The position numbers and the translations under genes are program-made. A stretch of 56,697 nt of DNA, counting the filler, from Sphacelaria rigidula (Eukaryota), in assembly GCA_964200075.2 (NCBI GenBank). It is 3 parts of 3 records of this genome, joined end to end, with 100 filler letters (N's around TTAATTAATTAA, not from the genome) between each part and the next. Parts side by side here need not be neighbours in the genome. Positions count along the whole stretch, not along the records: positions 37,869 to 56,697 come from CAXNAA020000780.1; 2 more parts are not named here. One strand, written 5' to 3'. The notes under the pieces were generated by a model. That model was not told where the DNA came from, did no database searches, and was given only the letters and a program-made list of their open reading frames with translations. Shown here in pieces: positions 47,101 to 56,697 of the stretch. Position 1 is the first letter of the stretch; each line of letters starts with the position of its first letter.

Positions 47101-50100
47101 TGCAGCCACTTGCGTGCAGAGTCAGTATGTGTGCTATATGTCTTCGCTGGACACTACAGAAACGATCACTGTGCCGTCACTCTCCACTGAACACAGTCTA
47201 CTGCATGCTGCTGATGTCTCCGCTTAGTGTTCCACAACAGTACTACGAACAGTGTGGAGTCGTTTATGCTTGCAACACATGAGGGGTCAGACAGGCGGTA
47301 TAGACGACGAGCACGTTGTTTGTGTCCATGCCATCTATAAAGAGGATTTTGGGAAACGGCGTTGAACATAAAAATGACATTCAATTCCAAAACAGTACTT
47401 TCCTTGAACTAAAGTCACCACACAAATGACTTTCATGAGGACGACCTCTTCCCCTCCGACCTCCCTACAACTATTTTGGGGGATTTCCCGTCTTCCGTTC
47501 CCCCAGAGGATATGTGCGAAAGCAGATTTAGGAAGACCATATAGAAAACGTCCAATATTTTCCCGATTATTCACGTGGGAATAATTAAAACATTTCCACG
47601 AATAATGTTACGGTATAATATAAATGATCCTTGTGCTCAAAATTAACGAATTTTCGCACACTTGTAGGCTTAAGAAATCCATTAACTAATCAATATAATA
47701 TATATTTTCACTTTGATTGGCTGAAAAGCGTTTCTTCCCTTCGTTTTTGCACTCGATGTAAAAATGTGCCTTTGCATATCCCCTTTGGGGGGGTGGAAGG
47801 CTGTAAACCCCCCAGAATAGTTCTAGGGAGGTCGGGGGATGAGGTCGTCATTTCTCATTACTTGAGGTCAGGGTAATCATCGTTTTGGACCTCATTTTTA
47901 GTTTCAACCCCATTTTTGAATACTTTTGAACTGCCATGATCAAAATGAGAAATAGGCTGGACAACGAGGTATAACAGTTCATCTGCAGTCCACCTGTCCG
48001 GTACCAAATCGACCATTTCAGTAGCCATGATTGTTCAGAAAGGTCACTCCGCTCCTCTCGGGCCTTGTTCCTTAGTGTTGGTGCTGTCTTCACATTAAAA
48101 CCGTTTCGATATCTGCGCAGTATTCTGTACTGCACAACATGTGATGCGGACGACTTCCGTGGTCACAGACTTCAAGTGTTCCTGGCTTATATTTTTCCGT
48201 GGGAAACCTTCAAACACTCATGGTGGACTTGGTGAGCTTTTCGACTGTTCTGCGAATAGGACCCCGCCCCCTTGCCAAAAACCGCCTGCCCGCCCCCTCG
48301 AAACCGCCGGATGCGTCGCTAGACTGTCAGATTTTAAAATTGTTCCGAGGCGGCGCTTGCTGTCTGAGGCTTAAACGCCATGTAGAATAAATCCCGTGAC
48401 GTACGGAGATATCTCTATACTAAATGTTCACGAATGCCCCAGAAAAAACGTACCGAGGATGATGTTGCTTTTTGGTGTGAATATTCCTTGGGGTACATGA
48501 TTACGATCGATACCCTCATCTTCACCTGAGTTTTCGTTATCTATTGAGAGATATGGCGCGCATAATATCTCATACTGGTATTGAGTATCGCAATGGGCAT
48601 AGTGAAAAAAATGTGCATACCGCAGGGGGGGGCATAAACATCCCGTTTTTTTCGTAAGTCACGGATGTTCTTGTAAAAAGTGGGTATTGTTTTTTGCCCT
48701 GAAATGCCGTTTCTTATCAGTAGAGTTAACCCTTAGACGGCGATCCCCGCGCTGGTAGCTGAGGTACACACTCCACTTTTTGGGGCCAGAATCATTTCTT
48801 TGTCACAACTCAAAACGCATATTCTACGGCGTAAGGGACCGGGAGTGCATAAGAGGCACATAGTTAGGATAGTCGCAGCACAGACGGTGGCGTTGTTGTC
48901 GATCACCTGACTATTACGCCTCATATTTTTGCTGTGCAGGCTGTAGTGTATCGTGCCGCGGCTGTACGAGCGGTCTGCAGCGTACTGGATCTTATAGTGT
49001 TGAACGTGCCACGTGTATGCAGCGTGCGTTTGGATATCGCACCACGACTACCGCCGCGAACGCCCCTGACTACCGTAGAGCAATTGCTCGAGGATGGCAG
49101 TCGCCTCACCGTCGAAGCACTTGTCTACATTTACGTGCGTAGAATACTCGCGGCCGCCGCTCGCGTGCTGCGCCATGTAATTTGATACCAGATGGAGGTG
49201 TGGAGCTAGTAGGACGCTCAGGCAGTACTGCACAGACACAACAGTGTACCGAAGATGCTCAAACACCTGCTTTTTGGTTATATAATATATAATTGATTTA
49301 GCATGGTCAAAATGAGATTAGAGGATAGACCGTGATTGGTCAGAATGGTCTTCCCGCGCCACTCGGGCCTCGTGCACGGCTCATAATTTTACGCGAGAAA
49401 CTTCCAAACAAACATAGTTGACTTCGTGAGCTTCTCCGATGCTCCGCGGAGAGACACCCCCCCCCCCCGAGCCCTGGAAACCCCCGGATGTCTCGGGGGT
49501 GTTAGCCTGTACAACTGTTCCGAGGCGACGCTCGTTGTCCAAGGGTTGACCGGCGTTGGGCTACAAGTGTTCGTGGTTGACATCAGCTGATTTGAGTGTA
49601 TACAACGAGAATCGGATATTTAGTAACTAGCCTCCCTGGAACCATCTCAGCGAGTCGAGCAAGGCATTCCCAGGTGTCAAAATCCGCAAGGACCCAAAAA
49701 TGAGTTTTTCAAGGATACGTATTTGTTTGCGATAAGAAGGGGCCTGATATTAATCCAATATATACAATATAAATCAATTAGTTAATTAATTAAATAAAGG
49801 TTGGTTGAGGATGGATGGTTCGATGGATGGATGGTTGAACTGTATTTTTTGGACAGAGGGGAAGACAATATACAACAAACACGTTGAAAAAAAAGTGCAC
49901 CATACAGCTCACAGTATATGCTCCTGCGATACCCCACACCAGATTTCAAGGCACAGCTCTCGGAACCGAGCTGGGAGAGCTACAATACAACGCGTATTAC
50001 ATCCAGGACCGTTCTTAGGCTGGCCCAGCTCGTACGTTGCGCTCTATGAAATACGAACGTTTTTTTTGCGGTTCATCATCGCGCCCGGCGTTCTCTAGAT

Positions 50101-52065
50101 CGTGTCGGAAGCTCCGTTGGAAAGGAGAAGCCAGATAATACCACACCCACCCCCACCATGCAGGTAATGGGAGGGGATGCTTGGGGGATGACGTAATAAT
50201 TTCACTCATGATGAATTTTTTTCTTATGCTGCTGCTTCGGCCTCCCCCCACGCCACTGCTTCCGCCACTGCTCTGTTGGGCGCTTCTTCCGCTTCCGACT
50301 GTTCTTCTGCATGTTGCCGCCGGTTTAGTCTTGTCGCATTTCCATATCGGGCTACTGTTGTACCGCTATATTGCACGCTGATTTACTGTCATCGGTGCTG
50401 CGTGCGACGACTCCGTTCCCCTCAGCCAAGTCTATCTCTACTTCACTTTTTGATATCACACTGCTGATCAAATCTGTCATATCATGTTTTGTACCCGTCG
50501 ATCTTGGTATTTAGCTTCCGCAGTGCTCTAGTGGCTTCGTTGTTCTTGATGATGGTGCGTTTTGAGCTGCAATAGTACTTATTGCTTCGATGTACTGTAC
50601 GTACTTGGTTATCATGAAAAGAAAATTCACCGACATATCTGTTGTGAGATACATGAACGATCGAGGGTGCGCTCCTGAATGAAAATCTCTGCCGCACTGT
50701 CGGTTACGCTGTCTAGGTTTTGGAACCCCCCGGAAACATCTCCCCCAAGTCTGGACTGTACATCTGTACGACACAAGTATTGGATCTGCGCCGCACGTCC
50801 ATGTTGTCACCTTTCTTTCATGTGGTGTGTTGATGCTGGAAGTGGCTGATGAACGAACGGCTGTTGTGGGGAGGGGATGGTAAATGGTTGCTAAGTTGCG
50901 TCGTTGGAAACGGACGTCAGAAATGTAGGGGCACAAAAAGAGTTTGTTCGACGACAGGCGACGCGGGGTGTGAATGCTGATCTAGTCCGTGAAAACGATC
51001 TGTAGGGCGTGTACCTTGGAGGGCATAAAAAGCTGTTCCCTTCAGACTAAATAGACACGCGTCTGTTCAATCGTCACAAGGGAGGGGATCGAGGGGGTCA
51101 ACTATTTGACCGCGGGGGTAGATGTGTGTGGGTCGTGCGGCATCAACTTCGCCTGAGATAATCATAAACGACCCTGCAACCAGATGATGACCTACCCTCG
51201 CAGTCAAACGTCGGAAGTGTGCAAAAAGCAAACTCTAGAAAATAGACTACCCTGTGCTTGCTTAAACAACAGCCGGAAAGCAAAGGGGGAGAGCACGCGG
51301 ACTGACGTGTGCCGGCTGTGAACTCGATACTGCTGTAACTGTTGTACTATTTACTCTTTAAAGATGAGGTACTTCCTGGAATTTATTCGACGAGTAACCA
51401 GCCGAACCTCCGTAACTTCAACCTGTCCAAACAGAATCAGACCCATCGCTCTTCAGGAAAAAAAAAGAAGCTATTTTTCGAGGTTCCTTGATGTATAAAT
51501 TTCTTCGTCTGTAAGTGTTTTCGGACGAATATATATAGACCACGTAGAATGTTGTCTCCTGTCGGCGTGTCTGTTCTTCGAATTAACGGCTGGCCTATCT
51601 CTATACTGTACTGTAATACAAAAGGTTGTTGTTTTGTACCTACTACTACTGCTGTTGATTACGATAGCAGGACGAGAGACCTGACACGAAGTCGGACGAA
51701 CTACTTCGTCTTCTCTCACCCGAGGCTACCCCAATAATTATTGACAATCTCTATGCGCGCCCTGGAGTGCATGGTGCCACAATACCAAAATTTCGTAAAA
51801 AAAAGATCAGATAGAGTAAGCCTTCGATGCACCTGTGGGACCCCAAAACACCTCTTCCACCATAGTGAGATAGTGAGATATAAGTTATACTTCAACTATT
51901 ATCCTACTGCTCGAAGCCACCCGGTGGGTGTCACTTCTGTTGTACTCACGTATGAAAGAGTCCGCCGGCTATCGAAGCGCCTGGTACCGTAGTCAGTGCC
52001 GCGTTACCCTCCCCCAACATCGCCAGTGCTACCGGCACCACCAACAGCCCCCAAGAGCTGCTCAT
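41051..52065 (-). CDS. RCC1/BLIP-II-type repeat protein with putative N-terminal signal peptide; 5' part, 3 exons visible
   Basis: Exons 52065-51950, 42776-42626 and 41191-41051 join in frame (the split codon AC|G gives the Thr of HTC): MSSSWGLLVVPVALAMLGEGNAALTTVPGASIAGGLFHTCMILGDNSLVCFG...GAHGQLGSGNNETYGDEADEMGSELPRVDLAGRGAQGVCAGQSHTCVLLDSGEVTCWGFNLYGQ. Downstream exons were not found. Confidence 0.8.
41870..42120 (+). mobile_element. RTE-type LINE 3' fragment in RCC1-gene intron 2
   Basis: WQDNLQENLRALG...KW...DWVTAAKKKGKWRIGV, resembling the RTE C-terminal W...A.....W pattern. Confidence 0.55.
42626..42776 (-). CDS. RCC1-repeat gene exon 2
   Basis: CMILGDNSLVCFG...GAHGQLGSGNNETYGDE; acag acceptor, gtgagg donor. 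Confidence 0.88.
44206..44232 (+). repeat. (CAA)9 microsatellite, possibly the 3' tail of a non-LTR retroelement
   Basis: Read directly; the tail interpretation is inference. Confidence 0.8.
44998..45037. repeat. 11-bp tandem repeat (acactaggtgg) x ~3.5
   Basis: Read directly. Confidence 0.9.
45869..46468. mobile_element. Degenerate TIR element rich in gggta/tacc/agtac repeats
   Basis: Ends tatgtgcccag / ctgggcaccta; no clear TSD. Confidence 0.45.
48730..49545. mobile_element. piggyBac-like non-autonomous element (second family)
   Basis: TTAA|cccttagacggcga ... tcgttgtccaaggg|ttga; related ends at ~48190-48370 (ending gaggc|ttaa) and 54870-55105. Confidence 0.8.
51950..52065 (-). CDS. RCC1-repeat gene exon 1 (signal-peptide-like, then IAGGLFH)
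   Basis: ATG at 52065, hydrophobic stretch, donor AC|gtgagt phase-matched to the next exon. Confidence 0.72.
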
Positions 52066-54649
52066 TTTCTTGATACCGAGTTTGTTGATTTGGGAGCAAA
52101 ACCCCCCGCTTGCCGTTGTCTGAACCTACTGGAGCTTACTGCACATCATGTCAGTACGTGACGGGCGCGCGCGTGAGGGGGGCGGGAGGGGGGGGCGACG
52201 AGCTACTTGTTCGGTGTAAGGGGTGTGATCTTTCCTCGGGACAGCATGAAAGTGCATGGGGGAAGAAGATTGCTCAAGGGCCCGCGGTTTCTCGATGGAT
52301 GATGGGTTGAAAGTGGTGTGCTTGCTTCCTGCTTTGCTGCTTGCTGCCTCGGGTTCACTGCTCCCTAGTTTTGTGTAATTTTACTTTTTCAAAATGGCGT
52401 ACGACTGACATTTAGAAGTACAGTACTTGGCGCTGACTGTTGACTGACTGTAGATACCATGCGGTCTTCCCGCGGGCATGAAGTTGACAAACTAATAGCT
52501 GAAATTGGCTGATAGCTGTCGAGAAAAAGGTATGTTTGCGTTTTATACGGCTGCGCACAAGTGATGAGTAGGGGATGCATGGGTCTAATTTCCTGGTGTC
52601 GGCGTTTTGCCCCGCTTCGTCTCACCTCTCTTGGACGCAACCAGCTACTGTAGTTTCTCCGCCGCTACCGTTTGCCTTCTCACAGAGATTGTATCCGTGT
52701 AATCTCTACTGAGCGACTCACGATCACACACCACCATCGAAAAGAGACGAGGATGAAACAAAAATCGAGAGCACGGACACACAAAGCCGAGTGCAGCAAA
52801 ACGCCGGATGCTGGCGTAAATGTGCGCGTGCAAAGTCCTCTTGTAAAATGCCGGATGCTGGTGTAACAGGCGCACGCACAAGCGCTCGCCACAACTGTTG
52901 TACAGCAATGTCCCGAAACGGTAGTGGGGTTGCGGTGATGTTTGGCTCTTGATGTTTTCTCATACACTTGGCATCAAAGGGAACGACCAAAGTGCCAAGG
53001 TGAGTCGGTGATTCTTGTGTTGGGACCTTTATTTACGTGAAAATCATGCCAATCCGATAGGGAACCTATTTCAGCTTTTGATAAAGCGCACACGGTATAC
53101 GGTACAACATCATATCGCGCGATACAGCCGGGGGCTTGCGTGGGCCGTGTTTTGTTGACACCGACACAGTACGCTCCGAAATTACTTTCTAGAACACGAT
53201 TCAACCCCAAATACCACAAAAAAAAAATATCATCAACATGATGAGGCATCTCACCACGAAGGACCCTGTCTTTACACCGCTCCATTACGAAGATATTGAT
53301 GTCCTTGGTGCAGCAACATTCGTTAATGCACACCGAGCCGCAGACGTTCGCGAGGGCACACATGGCCTCAAAAAGTACAATCATCCGCCTGCAATATACA
53401 GTCCAGCTAATATAGTACTGTACTGTACTGTTGTTGTACTGCTACAATCGGGCATTGACTCCACCATACTTTGAGAAAAAACGCACTATCTGTGGGGTCC
53501 ATGAAAAAACAGGTGGTGCTTGGTCCGTCGATCTTACCCAAGAAATGGGGTCCACCTCTAAAATGTACCCAACACAATACATGGCAGCTCTCCATCTGTC
53601 ACTCTCACCTGCTTCTCACGTTGTTCCAGCTCCACCCCGCACGAACTAAAGAAGCAGCATGAACAGGCTACTACAAAGATAATAGAGAACAAGGATAGAT
53701 GAATGGCATATAATCCCGATTCTCCTGTGCTATCACCCGCCTCGCGTCGCCCAGGCCGTACGTTCCAGTAGGTTTTCCGGCCTGACTGAACCTGACTGAA
53801 CTTATACACCGGCAGACACTACTGCTACATTGACTGTTTACTCGCATCCAAATTCTCTCAAATCTTCTGCCACAAACAAACAACCTTGATTTTTTTTCTC
53901 TGGACTTTCCCGGAGAGTTTTCCCGGGGCGTATCTTGTAGCACATTACTTTTCGATCAAAAACGTGCGGGGGAAAACAAGAACACTGATCTGACACGAAT
54001 AGATTCGAATAGATTCTAAGGCCAACTCTAATGGGAGCCGTTCAAAATTTCTGTCGAAAGCTGCCTTTAGGGCCCTTGTCCGTCGATTTACACCCGAAAA
54101 GAGGGCTAGGCGGATGTTGACGCCTTGAAACGACTTGCTCTCTACTCGTTGAGACCGTTCTAGGCAAGTCTTGCGCGTGAAGAAACAAAAACAACTTTTA
54201 GTGTGCCTGGTCGCGTACAAATGTCATAGTATAATGTTTGAGCTCAAATCAGCCGCAGAGCACGCACAGTTGGCGTGATGGTTGCACCCCCAGCGGAGGG
54301 GTAGGAGTCCAACCACCGGAATCACTGCAAAGCTTAACTTAAGGCAGGACCGTCGGTGCCGAGATCTGGCTGCAAAGGTAACTGTTTCCGGAGTTATATG
54401 GTATGGATAGTGTTGCTTTGTATTCCTGCGTGGCGACCGCAATGGTACGCAGCCAGGCGCCGGCCACGGAGGTTAACCGGCGGGTTGGCAACACGTGGAG
54501 GGTAGCCCATAATGTATCCAGCCCACCTGAAAAGGAATCATGTAAAATGGTGCCTGCGCGAGGAAAAGCATAGCAAATGTTTGCATGCATGTTTGGTGGT
54601 GGAGTCAGCGAGATTGAACTGTGGCATAATAGAGTGAGTTTCGATGCAG

Positions 54650-54802
54650 TCCTGTACTGGATTGCTGTCCACTGTTGTACTGTTGTACTGTACTGTATTC
54701 GTACTGTTGTACTGGACTGGACTGAACAGCACTACACTGTTTTGTCCTGTAGAGTGCTAGGGTGTATTGTGCTGTACTGTCCTGTCCCGTCCTCTACTGT
54801 AC
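54650..54802. repeat. Degenerate (TACTG)n simple repeat; similar tracts at ~17098-17135 and ~53414-53442
   Basis: Read directly. Confidence 0.75.
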
Positions 54803-54869
54803 TTAGCTGCCCCATATGGTATAGCAATGTGTTTGTGATGTTGAGAGTAGAGGGTACGTCCGAGATTAA

Positions 54870-55105
54870 CCCTTAGACAGCGAGCATCGCCTCGGAACAG
54901 TTGTACGGGCCGACAGTCCCGATACATCCGGGGGTTTCCAGAGCTCGGGGGGGGGTGGTTTTTGAGGGGGGGGTGTCTCCCCGCGGAGCAGCAGAGCAGC
55001 TCACGCACTCAAACATGTGTATTTGGAAGTTTCCCGCGGAAAATTATGAGCCGTGCGCGAGACCCGAGAGGCGCGTGGGGATTTTTCTGACCAATCACGG
55101 TCGTC
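54870..55105. mobile_element. Terminal part of the same piggyBac-like family, inverted
   Basis: TTAA|cccttagacagcga; reverse-complement homology to 49327-49545. Confidence 0.8.
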
Positions 55106-56697
55106 AAAATGAGCACTTTTGTTCCGTTACGCCAAGACTCTTTAAGACTATCAGCTGTCGAGCATGAAATCTCATTGTTATAAAGGATTATCCAACCATA
55201 GATAACATTCACTAAAATTGTGTGTTTGTTGCTTCCGTGATAGAGTTCACTGTACTGTTGTTGTTCAGTTCTGCCCTAGCTGCGTCGTCGTAGCTTCATA
55301 CCAGCACCTGACATAAAACTAACGGCGCAATACGCGAGCCCCCAACACGAGTATCCAGTGCACATCGCGGTTGACGCCCACATTGATGGAGATGCGACCG
55401 TTATTGCGGATCAGTTATTGAAGGTTTGCGCACACTTCCGACACCATCTTCGAGAGTTCGCCCACGAGGCTGCAACAGCTGTCTGGGCGAGGCGGCGAAT
55501 ACACAAATGGGTCAACCCCGGGGCTGGACGCTTGTGTGAAGGGTAACGCGCTCATAGAGGCGGCCACGGCTCATGTTGATCTGTGCTGGGAGGCGTGGTG
55601 GCTAAGTAGGGTTCGACGTTTGCGAAGGAATATCGCAATCAGGTGAGGGCAAGCCTCTGCTGTATCTGTGCATGATGAGGCAGTGTGTCACCTACTCTGC
55701 TTAGCGAGGTGTCGTCGCCGTCGAACTAACTCACGCTTAGAGGATAGGTCCGTTTTGGCACATGGTGCAGTAAGTAATATGTAGCACTCTACCGTTGCAT
55801 GACGGCGGTCTCATTGAGAGGTACCGCACTTGCTTTACACAAGGAGACGCTATCGCATCAAACCGGCCCGTGTTCGGCAAATACTCACTTTCTGGGTATA
55901 CTTCAATATATATGAAATATACTGTACGGGGGTACAGTTGTTGGGGTGAAGGGGGCCCTATTTTGGGCACTATACATCGGAAAAATGGACCGACCACTAT
56001 CCACTGTACAAAAAATGACCCGTAATCGAGCCAATCGCATCAATGACGAATACAGATGTCATCTCCAAATAACGACCTCGCTCATATGAAATGCAGTCTA
56101 ACTTCAGTACATATTTACAAGCCTGCGAGTGGTCGGTGTCGCAGAAATGTAGTTGCTCCGGCGACTGCACTGATATCTCGTTGTGTGCTTGTATCGTTTA
56201 GCTGTTGCACTCGGTTCCACCCCACGTTCACCGTCCTTCTCAACATCAGCAGTCAAGAACACGAAAAGTGGCAGCAGTTGCGGGTTTCACCCACAACACC
56301 AACCCCACTTGACCCTTCGACTCACATACCGCAAAAACGAAGCAGCACGGAATATTCAGACAATTAGCACAAGTGTCGAGTATCGCGGAACAAGTGAGGA
56401 TGGCGTAGACGACCTTGACGAAAAAAAGCGATTCACGCTGTGCGGCTGGGCTCATTGCATACCCCGCACCTTCCGGTGATGGCGGGTTTGGAGAGCAATT
56501 ACTTCATGGGCCCCATGGGCTCAGGGTCGTGGCACGAGTGGAAGAAATCATTTTTGTGTTCTCCACTCCTAAACGCAAACCGTCAACGGCAAACTTTACC
56601 TCTGCGACACAAGACACAAGACATTCGGAGCTATCAGCGTTGAACCGTCACGTTGATTTTTGTGTCATGCTGACCACAACGGCAGCGCAAAAGGAGC

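Noticed and set aside
50200..50570. Coiled-coil-like minus-strand exon
   Set aside because: Multiple stops, no recognisable family, and it lies inside the RCC1 first intron.
25610..52065. Functional cluster of kinesin, KLC-like TPR and RCC1 genes
   Set aside because: The three lie on different segments joined by artificial linkers.
52974..53384. 136-aa Cys-rich minus-strand ORF
   Set aside because: No recognisable motif or supporting exon chain.

Overview
Eukaryotic, intron-rich, transposon-dense DNA, most likely from a brown alga (Phaeophyceae); this is inferred from the brown-algal-style TPR exon, the gene structure and the repeat content. The window is probably not one locus. Two identical 100-nt linkers (44N-TTAATTAATTAA-44N; 18838-18937 and 37769-37868) join three segments of 18,837, 18,831 and 18,829 nt, consistent with size-sorted unplaced contigs. 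Segment 1 is a nest of DNA transposons (hAT-like, piggyBac-like, GAG-ended and long-TIR elements) plus LINE fragments. It includes a decayed intron-containing hAT transposase and an orphan TPR exon of the NB-ARC-TPR type. Segment 2 holds a 14-exon KIF6-like kinesin-9 gene (25610-37141, 698 codons, cut off at the linker), tRNA-derived SINEs and two near-perfect hairpins. Segment 3 holds the 5' part of a minus-strand gene for a signal-peptide-bearing RCC1-repeat protein (9.2-kb first intron, one GC donor), a ~590-nt foldback and further TEs. Most ORFs in the supplied track are spurious. No rRNA, true tRNA or CRISPR array is supported.
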